From: Octopus sinensis
Taxonomy: Eukaryota
Reading direction: 5' to 3'
DNA length: 64,000 nucleotides
NCBI RefSeq assembly: GCF_006345805.1
Contig: NC_042998.1
Coordinates: 147,064,001-147,128,000, forward strand
Below, piece after piece: positions 39,351-53,215 of the stretch; positions within the stretch are counted from its first letter, which is position 1; each line of letters begins with the position of its first letter. The position numbers and the translations under genes were made by a program. The notes under the pieces are model-generated. The model saw only the letters and a program-made list of their open reading frames with translations, made no database searches and had not been told where the DNA came from.

Positions 39351-41996
39351 AAGGAACAAAGTATAACCTAAAGTGACATGTTCACAACTAGTCTTAATCA
39401 TCTGTTACTTCTTCAAATCTAATCTTCTTCAAGATCATGAACTGTTCTGGGCACCGACTGATTGACGAGGGGGACCAGATTGTGTGCTTTTCTATACTCG
39501 ATCTACGCGGTTCATGAACTTGTCAACCTCTTCCTGTAATTATATCGACACCAATTGTAAATAATGTATATCTATTGATATTTTTCAATATTTTCTCCCT
39601 ATAAACGAATTTTATGGAATGATGATGTCAAAGTAACACACGTGTAGTCCCAACCGAGCGAGGCCGTGTTATGTGTGTCTGTAAGAAAAAAATACCTAAA
39701 CACATATTTAGTGTTCATATTAATCTGTCAAATGTAATACTTATTTGTTCATGTTATTTTGAATTATTCAGGTTCAAGAGGGATGTTCACAATATTTGCT
39801 TGTAACTTTGTAAATGTTTACATACAGATTTGAAATTTTGTCAGTGGGTGCTTTATATATCACTGGTTTATAGTTATGTAATTTTAGCTGATCTTGCTGG
39901 GTAAATTTGACTTTTATGTGCAGGTAAATTTAATTAACAAGTGTAAAAGCAATTACATTATGGATAAACACTAAAATTGAAATTCTCAATGCATGTTACC
40001 TGCTTGATTTGTTACTAAAATTATCCCAGATAGCAACCGACAAAAATTTTGCCACTTTTCAAGATGATGTACATTAATTTGAATTAATTAAAATGCAGGT
40101 ATAATTGGTACAAGATTTTATTCTTTCGGTAAATATTTCGTACCTCGGTGTGGAATAATTTTTACCACATTTTTTTTTTCGGTTGCATTCAACGTTTCCT
40201 ACATCCGAACCCGCCGCAAGCCACTTTTTGTCGGAAAAGAAATGTGGGAGGGATGGTGGGAACCTTGAATTTTCCTACCAAAGGAGTTTTGTTTCGCGAA
40301 TCTTTTTTAATCTTCTATGTTATTTTGCATGCTTTCAACGAATGTGACATCGAAATCACGCGTAAACGGCTCCTTTTTCCAGAAAAGGAACGATTTGGCT
40401 GCTATTTCTAGCTTGCTCTGCTACTACGTAACATCTATTTGCATTCATACCGAAATATTTACCAGCTTGTTTTTCCTTCCATTTATTCTTTCCGCTTTAT
40501 GGAAGTCAATATTTTCTCTGTTGACATTCACCTCAGCGAGGTCATGGATCAAGTGGAAACACATCAATTACCGTTCCATCTTGACAGGACAAAAAATTCC
40601 CGCTGTCTTTGCAAGCAACAAGCAGACGGATTTAGTTTCAAATCCAGGCAGGGCCAAACGAGGTCCTACAAGTTATTTATAATAAAACGTGGCGTAATAT
40701 CAGGGTTGAAGGAATGACACGCACAAAATTAAAAATGCTAAGACAATCTGAAAACAATAGAAACTTTTAAACGTTTACCGGTTTTTATGAAATTTTAGGG
40801 TTAACGGACTTAAGTTAACGGAAGCTAAATGTAACAGAAATTAATTAGTCCAATAATGATTTTCAAAGTTAACTTAAAAATTAAATCGTTTACGAAAATG
40901 TTAACGGATTAACAGACTTACGACCAACTCTGGGTTTTAACATATTAACGTTACATCTTAAATATTCGACACTCTGCTGTCTGTATTTCTTCATTGGTTC
41001 TGTAATAGTTATTATCCATAAAATATATAAGTTTTATAAATTTTAGAATCCTGCCTCAATAAACTAGTCATTAAAACGCAATTTACTTGCAAACACTGAT
41101 ATATACAAACACCGGTTATAGGGCAGAGCAATCTCACAGTTATTCCCCTTTGAGATTCCACATAAACGGCCACAGAATTTTATTAGCCTTGTCGACGCAA
41201 CAAGAATAAGCAGCGGCACTCAACACTAAATGTAGTCTTGTTCTCTAAGGTGAAACAGTTGTAAGCTAATGAATATAATTATGTAATTCTTGTTCTGATG
41301 CCATTTATTTTCATTATAGATATATGTAATTTATATAGCATTCATAAAATAAGATCACTCAGTTTCTGCGATTATCATTGCTGACATCTTAACAAGCAAC
41401 TATTTATTTATGCTCTTTGCCCCTTGCCTCCCATCACTACTTCCATCGAACGTCCCATACCACCCCATTATTTTTTGATACCTAAGAGGAAAGCAGCGTC
41501 GTCTTGGAGAATTTCTTGTTTACGATCCATGTCTCTAAACGTTTTGCATATGTGTGTTTGCGTATATCTTCTTTTTTATGTTTTGTTTTGATATTACTGT
41601 GAGCTTAAAAGTATGCATGGCACATACTTATAAAATACTGTACGTTACATACACGTGCCTAAGCGACAACATGTACATATGTCTAGATACGTTCGTGTAT
41701 ATACGACTGTCTGAATGCGTGTGTGAACTTGGAACACGTGTATAGACTTGATGCATATTGTACATAAATATCCGTGAGAATGTATGTATATATATATTTA
41801 TGGATTGTATATGTGTACACCAACACATGGTCTTGTACACAAAAACTGATATCCAAACATTTAGAACCGGGTGAGAAAATGTATATACTATGAAAGTACA
41901 TATGTTTGTATATGAAAATTAGTAAGTACTAAGTACTTGGATATGAACGTGTGGCTGCATGTACTCTTGCATGTATGTCTGAATATAGGTAGTTCA

Positions 41997-42061
<65 letters not shown>

Positions 42062-42079
42062 CTTTTACTTTACTTTATC

Positions 42080-42697
42080 CCCGTCTGTCCTGATAGACAA
42101 TGGGTTGCGCCAAGGGTGGGGCCTACTTTGATGATGTGCAGCGTCTGCTGTGACTGAACAGTCCAATTCTAGAGTGGCAGTCCTTGGTACAGTTGCTGCA
42201 CACGAACATCGATGGGTACGTGTGGGGTGTTGCTGCAGTTGTCCTCCTCCTGTCCCGCCTGTCCAACTACAGCTGTGCTCTCCTCTCCTCAGCCATGGAA
42301 ACGCCTTTCCTCACCGTCCGACGCCAGGCAGAGCGGTCAGCAGCTGTTTCCTCCCACGTGTCCACACAGATGTTGGCAGTCCTCAGGTCGCGCTTGCACA
42401 CGTCCCTGTATCGTAGCTGTGGACGTCCCTTGGGTCGGGATCCCGTGGTGAGTTCGCTGTACAGGATGTCTTTGGGCATGCGACCGTCCTGCATGCGGCA
42501 GACGTGTCCGAGCCAGCGCAGTCGTCTCCGCACGAGGAGGGCATACATGCTTGGCATATTAGTCTGTTCCAGGATGACTCCGTTTGGCACTCGGTCCTTC
42601 CAGGAGATGCCAAGGATCCGTCGAAGACACCGCATGTGGAAGCCGCTGAGGCGGCATTCCTGCCGGGTGTATGTTGTCCAGCTCTCGCTGCCGTATA
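42080..42697 (-). mobile_element. RTE (BovB-like) LINE 3' end
   Basis: ORF 42267..42728 YGSESWT...RLRWLGHVCRMQDGRMPKDILYSEL...GRPQLRYRDVCKRDL; frameshifted CSNCTKDCHSRIGLFSHSRRC finger; short 3' UTR. Confidence 0.92.
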
Positions 42698-43749
42698 TAT
42701 ATGCATACATATGCACGCACGCGCACACACATACAACACTGCCTATTGTTTAAAAAGGAAGATCATTATTTACATAACTGTTAGTGGCAAATCTATAACT
42801 GATTTCAAGTTCTGGCACAAGGCCAGCTTTTTCAGGGGAAGGCGTAAGTCGATTACAACGACCCCAGTGCTCAACTGGTACTTATTTTATCGACCGCGAA
42901 AAGATGAAAGGTAAAGTCGACCTCAGTGCCAACTCGCCACTTTAATGCCAAACTTATAATTAAAGTCTTTCTAGCTGTGACTAAAATTATTCTAGCCGTG
43001 ACCACTGTGACTGCATTATGTAAATATCCCTACCTTTTTTAATGACAGTAGGGTCTATTCTAAGGGCGATTGTTTTTATTTTTTTTTTTACTTTTTTGGC
43101 AGGTCCAGTGAGTACGTAGAGTTTGTCATGTTGCCCTTGAAGTAAATTTTTAAAGTTTTGGGTTCATGTTAACGTTGTGATTGTTGTTGTCATCGTTGTT
43201 GTTACTGCTATTGTGTCTATGTATGGACAAATGTCATTTGTACGAGTGAAGGTACCGATATATTTGAATATACGTTTGTCTCTGACATTCTAAGGATTGG
43301 GCCAAGTAGTTGGTGCGGTATTTGGTGGCAAGAAACAGTGTGTCTGACGTGAGAAAATGTCAGGTTTATCGGTTAGAGTTTGGTGGAGAGTGCACATGAC
43401 TTGGTGCCAAGAAGCAGAGAAGATACTAGTAGTAATGGAATACGTATGTGGAACCAGATGCTGAGTATGTTGACCATTAAAGTCTGTCAATAAACCAGGC
43501 ACCTTTTTTAAAAATTCATTTGCAGTTTACAATGTTTGTGTGGGAAACAGTAACAGAAGTACCGTCAAAGATGTGAGAGTAAGACTCCATTGTGAGCCTC
43601 CTTTTGCGTTGTATAAGAAGTCGGTTACAATTTGCCTCGAGTCCATAAACTAACGAAACCGGAACGTCTTCAAACTTACGACGCTAAAAGTATAAGACTA
43701 CCTCCTCTTTCTACTGAACAGGAGATCAATCCACCGTTGGCTTAATCCC

Positions 43750-43880
43750 CAGATGCCACTGGTACTCATTTTAAGCTGAATGTATTGGAACAATGTGAAA
43801 TGAAGTGACTTGCTCAAGGACACAGAGCGCCGCCCGGAGCGAGATTCGAACCTACGACATTCTAACCACTAGGCCATACG
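43750..43880 (-). mobile_element. SINE family C fragment
   Basis: tactcattttaagctg...cttgctcaaggacacag...gattcgaacc...taaccactaggccat. Confidence 0.7.
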
Positions 43881-44181
43881 AATTGGCAATTGTGCACTGT
43901 TGAAATGTTTTCCGGTCCTAAAGAGAATGGTTGGTCGTTAAGATGCTGTTTTTGGCACGATATGATTATAGGAACAACAAGTGAGATTTTTGTCGATTAA
44001 TAGACCGGGTTTTTGTAGCGACGTCGGAAGTTCTTCGTACATTCTGGTTAATCCTAGGGAAAGCCAGGTTTAGTGTTATTTCCATAATATCTAAAGGGAC
44101 CGTATCTTTGTGTTACTGAAAAAGACAAGATGACTACGACCTCATAAACCTTGATTGTACTTCTTGATCGACTTCTTAGAG

Positions 44182-44366
44182 CAGGATTTCTCAACCCTTT
44201 GTGGGTGCAAGATAGCATTCCAGGGGATGTAAGAAGGGCGGGATTTATAGGGGGGTCAAAGAGGGAAATTGCCCCGGGCACCTTTATTCTTTATTACTTT
44301 AAAGAGTGCGAGAACATATTAAAAATTTTTAGGGGTGTGCGGCATAAAAACGGTTCGGAACCACTG
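44182..44366. mobile_element. hAT/Charlie-type MITE with 8 bp TSD
   Basis: TIRs CAGGATTTCTCAACC / GGTTCGGAACCACTG; flanks tcttagag (44174-44181) and ccttagag (44367-44374). Confidence 0.8.
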
Positions 44367-44868
44367 CCTTAGAGAAAGAAAAGCAAAGTTGATCTCAACA
44401 TGATTAGAACTCAGAGAACAAAGATCCAAAATAAATACCACGAGATATTTCATCCAACACACTAAGGTCACTGCTTTACCTACAGAAGCTGGACTGGTCT
44501 AACGTGGGTTATCTATAAAAGAGTATAAGACGAATAATCTGTAGTTTGGTGAGTATTATCAGAGATGACAGCAAGAAGTTCCTTCTGTGATTGAAGGAGA
44601 TTGATATCAACATATATGAATAACGGCGGCATAAATGGTACGGTGTAACGAGTTATGAATCAAATAGAGAGCTCCATTAGTTCCTACAGCTAGAGAGGGG
44701 TCAGACAGGAAGTTTCCTCTACAAGAGATGACAAATAGACGGAGTCTTTTGGCAGGCAGCTTCAAAAGAAGATTCTTGAACGAGACACGGTCAACTGGTT
44801 TGTTTATATAAAGTGTGTCGTGAGTGTCTAGAGACGTGAGCGTGGATGTATGAATGCACAGATTTGAG

Positions 44869-44906
<38 letters not shown>

Positions 44907-45121
44907 TGCTTGGGTACGTGTTGTGTAAGTATGTGTTTGCGAGCGTGTGCTTGAGATGGTGTACATAAGTGTATGTATACAATTGTATGCACCTGCGTTC
45001 GTAAAAAACATATGTACTGCTGTGTATCAGCATGTATAGCCAAGAATGTATATGATTGTGCTTAAGTTTATATATATATCTATATCTATCTAGATGTGTA
45101 ACATCTCTCTCTCTCTCTCTC

Positions 45122-45207
<86 letters not shown>

Positions 45208-45252
45208 ATATCTATCTATCTATATATAAATATATATATATATATATATAAT

Positions 45253-45552
45253 ATAAATTAGAGATAAAACCACTATTATGCAACTCAAACAGTGATAGAC
45301 ATAAACCAAAACATAAATAACAAATAATATATATTTTTATAAAACATATAACTAGATCTCAAAAGGTATAAAAATGAATGATCAATATATAATAAATAAA
45401 AAACACATTATATTATATGCTGATCATTCATTTTTATACTTTTTAAGATCTAGTTATATGTTTTATAAAAATATATATTATTTGTTATTTATGTTTTGGT
45501 TTATGTCTATCACTGTTTGAGTTGCAGAATAGTGGTTTTATCTCTAATTTAT
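45253..45552. repeat. 132 bp near-perfect inverted repeat with 36 bp spacer
   Basis: Arms 45253-45384 and 45421-45552; three mismatches counted by eye. Confidence 0.92.
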
Positions 45553-45636
45553 GTTTTATATTTTATATATTTATATTGTGAAATTTTATTTAAAATTAAA
45601 TTGAATTTTTCCCTGTAAGTTTGGAGTTATACTCCC

Positions 45637-45688
<52 letters not shown>

Positions 45689-45912
45689 GAGTGCGAGAGC
45701 AGTTCATACCATCAAAGTGACACTGGGGTAAAATATACGAAGCCCAATATACCCATCATGACCACCCGTCTGATAAGGGTACACCAGGCACATGCATCAC
45801 AACCATATGTGCGCGACATGGTGATCTCATATCAAGATAAACAGCACATGACCTTGCAGGTGGGGCCCAGTTAGAAATTTCTTCAGGTTGAGTAGCCCAT
45901 CCCGCTCAAAAG

Positions 45913-45913
<1 letters not shown>
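45689..45913 (-). mobile_element. Truncated ~555 bp element (225 bp) inside (ATT)n
   Basis: gagtgcgagagcag...cccgctcaaaagg with ATT arrays on both sides. Confidence 0.9.
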
Positions 45914-45991
<78 letters not shown>

Positions 45992-46300
45992 GAAACTGCA
46001 ACCATATTGAGACACTACCTTGAAGTATTTAGTTGAAATCGACCCCAGTACTTATTAGTTATAAGTCTGGCACTAAGCAAACCAACTATCGGTTGTCAAG
46101 TGATGATGGGAACAAACACACACACACACGCGCGCGCACACACACACACGCGCGCGCGCGCACACACACACACAGATGCATATGCAATAATCTATCCATC
46201 CGTCCATCAACCCAACCCATCAATCCATACGTTGTTACATACATATATGTGTGCGTATGTGCATACGTATATGTATGTATTAAAGTATGTACGTACGTAC

Positions 46301-46331
<31 letters not shown>

Positions 46332-47280
46332 TGTATGTATGTATGTATGTATGTATGTATGTATGTATGTATGTATGTATCTATCTACGACGGGCTCCTC
46401 CCAGTTTTCGTCTTCCAAATCCATTCACAAGGCATTGGTCGACATTGTGCGTGTATCTGCCTATACTTACTTACATACAAACATACATAAATATATATAT
46501 AAACACGCACACACACACACATACATACACAAACACACGCCCACAAACACAAATCTCTCTCTCTTTCTCTCCCTCTATCGCACATACACACATATGTCGA
46601 TATGTGCATGGGTGAATGTTCACAGATGTTTACATATATATAAATGTATGAATGCAGAATTGTGCCTGAGTCTATGAGTTTTAGGCACATGTATAATTGT
46701 AAGAGTGCGTATGGTATATATAAATATATATGATTATACATATATCTCTCTGTCTCTATATCTGTACGCGCGCGTGTGTAAGTGTGCGTACAGATGCAGG
46801 TCGAATGCTTTGTGTGCAGCCACGGGTTACCTAACAACGTCTCGTTATCAGTCAGGCGTCTGCCATATAAAGAGGACGTTGACCTGCCCCCAAATACATG
46901 AGCTCATCATTTTTACTTGCCTGTTATTGATTGCCAGCTGCTGGCAGATGACACATTTCCCGCGTCATCCTCCACCAGCATCCACCACCACCGTTATGGT
47001 CTCCTGGTGATGATGGTGGTCGTGACAATGGTAATGGTTACATAGTGATGATGGTGATGAATGCTTGTTCACCACCACCAAACTCCCCCCCCGCACCAAC
47101 ACCACCACCACCATCACCACCGACACGTCGCCGCCGCTGCCGCTACTACTGCCATCACCGCCGCTATTGCCACCCCCCACCACCACCATAAAGGTGTGAG
47201 ATAGAGCAGACAAAATTCGGTGCTATGAATGTTAGCAAAACATTTCATTAACAGATTATTTTTAATAATAATGAGATTAT

Positions 47281-47715
47281 GGTTGGCGAAAAGGCAAAAT
47301 CATTAGCACGCCGGGCAAAATACTTAACGGCATTTCTTCCGGCTTTACGTTCGGAATTCTAATTCCGCCGAGGCCGACTTTGCCTTTCATCCTTTTGGGG
47401 TCAATAAAATAAGTACCAGTGGAACACTGAGGTCGATATAATCGACTTACCACAACCCCCGAAGTTGTTGGACTTGTGCTAAAATTATTATTATCATTAT
47501 TATTAAGGCGGCGAGCAGAATCGTTAGCACGCTGGTCAAAATGCTTTGCAGTATTTCGTCCGTCGCTACGTTCCGAGTTCAAATTCCGCCGACGTCGAAT
47601 TTGCCTTTCATCCTTTCGGAGTTGATAAATTAAGTATCAGTGAAACACACTGGGGTCGTGTAATCAACTAGTCCCCTCTCCCATATTTCAGACCTTGTGC
47701 CTATAGTAGAAAGGA
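47281..47715 (+). mobile_element. Two head-to-tail SINE family B copies with ATT tails
   Basis: Heads at about 47281 and 47506; tails ...gtgctaaaattatt and ...cctatagtagaaaggattatt. Confidence 0.85.
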
Positions 47716-48050
47716 TTATTATTATTATTATTATTATTTAGTTAAAAGGTGGATTGCAAGAATGGCCCGAGTGAATGAACTGGCTCTAAACATGAGCCTG
47801 TAGGTTGAAGGCGGATGATGTGGAGAGGGCACTTACCCTAGTGGTCAGGGTGACTGTGGTTTTGTGGGGTCATCATGAGCAACCCTAGGAAGTCTCCCTC
47901 TCTTGGAGAATTATTCATTATTACAATTTTAGTTTATTACTGTTTTATACTTTCTACACGCCTTTTATGTAACCCTACATTCTATTATCCTGTAGCATCC
48001 CCAGTGTTTTTGCGTACCCTTGGTGGTTAATAAAGAAAACATAATTGCTA

Positions 48051-48105
<55 letters not shown>

Positions 48106-48148
48106 CATTATCATCATCATCATCATCATCGTTATTATTATTATTTTT

Positions 48149-48270
48149 GAGAGGGCAGTGCATACCTTCAAAGTGACACTGGGGTAAAATATACGAAGCC
48201 CAGTATACCCATCATGACTACCGTCTGATAAGGGTACACTTGGCACATACATCACAATCATATGTGCGCA
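48149..48270 (-). mobile_element. Truncated ~555 bp element (about 120 bp)
   Basis: gagagggcagtgcatacc...catatgtgcgca after ATT array. Confidence 0.85.
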
Positions 48271-48409
48271 AGAGAAACTATGCCAAAGCCAAGACGTTGG
48301 AGCGAGACGTAGTCTTATGACCTTTTGGATCCGGTCGAACCGTCCAACCCGTATCAACATAGAAAGTAAGCGTAGAGATGTTGTTGTTGCTGCTGTTGCT
48401 GTTGCTGTT

Positions 48410-48776
48410 GAGCGAACGGTCTTCGTCCCAGAGCTCACAAGATGGGAGTAGTCCGAAACGTGGTCCTTTGCTATTTGTAAGTCCCGCAGAAGAGGATGCA
48501 GGTCAACCCCTGACACCGAGAGCATCGACGGATGGCTGAATGCGCATCCAGGCTCAGCGGTTGCGTAGGAAGTCGGGGACAAGAAACAGGAAGAAAGAGT
48601 GGGAGAAAGTTGGGGCGAAAGAGTAAAACATGGGTGCCCCCCCCCCCTGTCGAGCCTCGTGGAGCTTTAGGTGTTTTCGCTCAATAAACACGCACAGCGC
48701 CCGGTCTGGGAATCGAAACCGCGATCCTCCGACCGCGAGTCCGCTGCCCTAACCACTGGGCCATTGTGCCTCCACT
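48410..48776 (-). mobile_element. SINE with family D head but a different body and tail
   Basis: 48655-48776 nearly identical to 24750-24873; the remainder is unrelated. Confidence 0.75.
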
Positions 48777-49000
48777 GCTGTTGTTGCTGCTGTTGTTATT
48801 GCTGTTGTTGTTGTTGCTGTGGATGATGATGATGGTCTAAGTGGTGGTGGTGGTGGTAGAGGCGATAATGCGGATAACGATGATGCTGATGATGATGACA
48901 ACGATGATGCCAACGAGATGACAATCACGATATCGACAAAATGATGATGATGATGGTGAGAAGGAGAACGACAACGACAACGACGACGTTGATGATGAGA

Positions 49001-49032
<32 letters not shown>

Positions 49033-49285
49033 CATCATCATCATGACCATGATAATCACGTTAATGATGATGATACAAACCTCTCTACTTTTTTTTTATT
49101 AAGCAAACATTTTCCGATATTTTTTGAACGTCTTTATGTCGAATGAAACACAAGTTGCTACAACTAGCACTGGAACCGATCTCTTTAAAATAGTAAAAGA
49201 TATTGCGGTCTTTTGAAATAAGGTGAAGATTAGCCATTTGCACATTATTTGCATTATTTACATTTGATGGATAATAATAATAATG

Positions 49286-49385
<100 letters not shown>

Positions 49386-49461
49386 TAATAATAATAACAA
49401 TACTAATAATAACATCGAAAAATACCTTAGGAATGAGAACCCAGGTTTGAAATTTCCCCAA

Positions 49462-49507
49462 GACACCTGTTGAAGGCTGGAGGGCATATCAGCCGAAACG
49501 TTGTGTC
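49462..49507 (+). ncRNA. Minimal type I hammerhead-ribozyme-like motif (PLE-type)
   Basis: GACAC CUGUUGA A GGCUG gagggcauau CAGCC GAAA CG U U GUGUC: 5 bp stem I, 5 bp stem II, palindromic ACGU stem III; A6U deviation. Confidence 0.65.
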
Positions 49508-51084
49508 AACAACAAACAAGATGAGGACAAATATCCGTCAAATGTAAATAATGTAAATAATGGACATAATTCCTCATCTCTTAAATATGGAACTGCATTA
49601 ACCATTTGCAATTCTAAACCCACTTGTCTTATCACAATCTCTGAGATATGTAAATTTGTGCATCTATTTATCAATTCCTTGGATGTTAAAGCTACATATT
49701 TACCAAGTCTTTGACGCTAAGGAAAGAATTTACAATGCTTCTCCATGTATTTATTATATGTATGTATTCAAATATTATCATATCACACACACACACACAT
49801 GCGTGCGCGCACACATTAATTCATATATACTATATTAGCAATATATTGTTCTGATTTATATTATCTAGAAATTTGTCATTAATCTTTTCTCATATTTTAT
49901 ACTCCTTCAGAATATCAAATGATATTTTCGTGTATGAACGCGAACGTAACAATAAGAAGATAAAAAAAAAAAACAATGAAAAACTATCTCCCTTGCAGTT
50001 AGGTGGAGACATTGATTAACAGTAGGAAAGAAGCGAATAGTGTTATGTAACTAAACTGTACAACAGATGAATCGTAACATTAATAACAAAAAGAAAAAAA
50101 CAAACAAAGACAACTACAGCAACAAGGCAAAAATAAATATACAAATATCTGATTGTTTATTTTATCGGGAGTAGGAAGAGTAAGGAAAATAACGTATCAA
50201 AGTCAGCTTTTTAATTTTTTTCTTTTACTAGAAAAACTTGAGTGATGCATAGAATTGTGTCTGCGTGTTACATGAACCTTGTGTGTTCATCATACTTAGA
50301 CCTGTATCTATGCAATACACAGAGCTATGTAGACGTATTATGTAGATATGGTTAATCTCAAATCGTTCGAGACACCTAAACGGGTATTCGAAAACGTTCT
50401 TACTCACATCGTTTTCCATTCCACGCACAGCCAAAGCCCAAAATTCTAAATCTCACAACAGATCTCCACATACCTGTGTTGTAGTCACATTCATTAGAAA
50501 ATGGTTTTATTGGCGATTGTTGATGGTTTCTTTATGCTAGCTGTTTTGTGATAAAAAAGTTAACCCCCAGACATTCATTCTTCCATACTAAAAATTCCAC
50601 AAATATGAATAGCTGTTCTGCGAGTGTTCTAACATTGAGTTGCACTCAATGAAGCACTAAAACTGCACTCAATGCTCTTCTGTTGCAAATATTGTCGTGA
50701 AAGAGATTGTTATAAACTTATTCTCATTGCTATCAAATCAGGGCTTCAAGTACAACAATTGTTTTTCGAAATGTTCAGAAATGTAATCAATGAAACTGAA
50801 AAGGTGCTTCTGCTGTAGCTGAAGTTTTTGTATTATCTTATAACAAAACGTTTATGTTTTAATAAAATGTTTATGTTTTCACAAAACAATTATGTTTTGT
50901 TATCGGAATAACTTATCAGGACCGGTGATTTGTTAAACAGGTGTTCGACACTTTGTTTGAACATATTGAAACGAAACAAAAACATGACCAACACCGACCA
51001 TTCTGGCGCAAATGAATATTTGAAACAATGAAATCGAATAGCAAAAAAAACAAATTTGAAATATTGGTTTCAAATTTTAGCGCA

Positions 51085-51270
51085 AGGTCGGCAGATTTGG
51101 AGGAGGGGCTAAATCGATTGAATCGACCCCAGTGTTCAACTGGTGCTTATTTTATTGACTTAGAAAGGATGAAAGGCAGAGTCGACCTAGGCGGAATTTG
51201 AACCCAGACGGGCGAAATGCCGCTAGGCATTTTTCCCGGCGTATTAACGATTCTACCAGCTCGCCGTCTT
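51085..51270 (-). mobile_element. SINE family B
   Basis: Reverse complement ...aacgattctaccagctcgccgtctt. Confidence 0.8.
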
Positions 51271-51564
51271 AACATGAAGGGTTTTCAGTCTTAATGGGAA
51301 GTTAATTGCTCCCCAAACAGCTGTTAATGGTTGTGGATGCTTTAGCATGGAAAACAGAACGAACTAGTGACATGTCAGGTTGATGACAATCACAAAGTGA
51401 GAGTAGTCCAGACTATGCAGAATATTCAGGAGTTAAGTAAATACTAGAGTGAACATTCAGGAGTACTTTAAAGTAATAGAGTACTAGAGTAAGCATTTAA
51501 GAATCATAACCACAGGAGATTTTGAGATAAAGTGTTGTTGTTGTCGTCCAATCTTACTCTTTTA

Positions 51565-51930
51565 CTTGTTTCAGTCGTTTAACTGCAGCCATGCTGGAGC
51601 ACCGCCTTTAGTCGAGCAAATCGACCTCAGGACTTATTCTTTGTAAGCCTATCACTTATTCTATCGGTTTCTTTTGCCGAACCGCTAAGTTACGGGGGCG
51701 GAAACACACCAGCATCGGTTGTCAAGCGATGTTGGGGTGCAAACACAGACACACAAACATATGCACACACACACATATATATACATATATACGACGGGCT
51801 TCTTTCAGTTTCCGTCTACCAAATCCACTCACAAGGCTTTGGTTGACCCGAGGCTATAGTAGAAGACACTTGCCCAAGGTGCCACGCAGTGGGACTGAAC
51901 CCGGAACCATGTGGTTGGTAAGCAAGCTAC
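51565..51930 (-). mobile_element. SINE family A, near full length
   Basis: Tail tactcttttacttgtttcagtc through head ...gtggttggtaagcaagctac. Confidence 0.88.
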
Positions 51931-53148
51931 ATTAATTTTTTGTTGTGAGTGTGCACGGAAATTTGCGTGTGTGCAAATTTTGCCTTTCTTTGCCAAGTAT
52001 GTGTGCCTCTATGCGAATTACCATCTCCAATTTAAAACAAAAACTAATTTCATCTTGCAAAACCATGTCCACGCACATATTTTTCCTTCATTAGTTGTTA
52101 AACGCGCGCACGCACAAGCACACTTCACTGAAAGGGAACTGTGTTGCAGTTTTGTGAAACCACTTCAGTGTAGTTGAGGAAGGCAGCCTAGTTGCACAAA
52201 GCAACTATCAATTATTGTATAACAATAACAATAAACATTGTCATATGCTGTGGCTGAACAAAATTCTTTTATGACATATTGTATAATTTCAGTTTATTTT
52301 TACAGCAAAATATTTTTATCAATAAAATTACGGTATGCTTCCTGTCTTAAATAAATCAGAAATGAATAACGGCTACTCCTACATACAACCTTTACAACAA
52401 TAATTTGGATCAAAATTACATTTAAAGAGAGGAGTGTATATAAAACGTTTAGTAACTGTGGGTGGAAGAATAGTGCATAGGGAGTTTAATTGTGCGTATA
52501 ACAATGGTTGGAGGAGTGCAAATTAGATATATTATAATGAATGGGGAGTACACTATGCGAGGGAGTGCATATTTAATGGTACACAAGTCCTTGTGCTTTC
52601 TTACCAGAAAGATCTCTACTAAGCTCGTAGACCCCTCCTACCTGTCACCTATAATCCAAAAGATTCAACAAGCAATAGTCCCGCAGAAAAAAAGCTTCCG
52701 GGTTTGTTGCTTGCTTTGTATCCATCTCTGCGAAACACGAACTCGACACATGTATATGTGTATATGTATACACATGTGTATGAATATATATTACATAATC
52801 GATAACTGCTGACATGTTAGCGAACATGAGAGAGAGGGGGAGAGAGAGTGGAGAGTGAGAGAGAGGGGGGAAAGAGATGTAAACGCGAATCAAACATTCT
52901 TTGGAAGGTGAAAATATTTCTCTCGAAACACGGAAACCATCTTCCTATCGCATCTCTCCCCCGCCCGTCCGTTACACAATTACACTTAAGATACCACATT
53001 TCAACTGAAATACAGTGACTCGTGTCCAATAATAAAAAGCCCGATGGTGATTTATTACATGGTATAAAACAATCAGGAATTCAACCTAGTCAATAAAAAT
53101 AACTCTTCCTCGCCAGTCACACCTGTTAAAAAATAAATACCATGATGG

Positions 53149-53214
<66 letters not shown>

Positions 53215-53215
<1 letters not shown>

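Noticed and set aside
39400-39540. Protein-like minus-strand stretch EEVDKFMNRVD / EYRKAHNLVPLV
   Set aside because: Needs a frameshift, contains stops and matches nothing recognised.
48430-48470. CACAAGAUGG..CCGAAACGUG as a hammerhead
   Set aside because: U4 and G5 are absent and there is no stem I.
52955-53070. GC-box, CCAAT and TATA in promoter order
   Set aside because: Short motifs with no downstream exon; followed by microsatellite and an RTE fragment.
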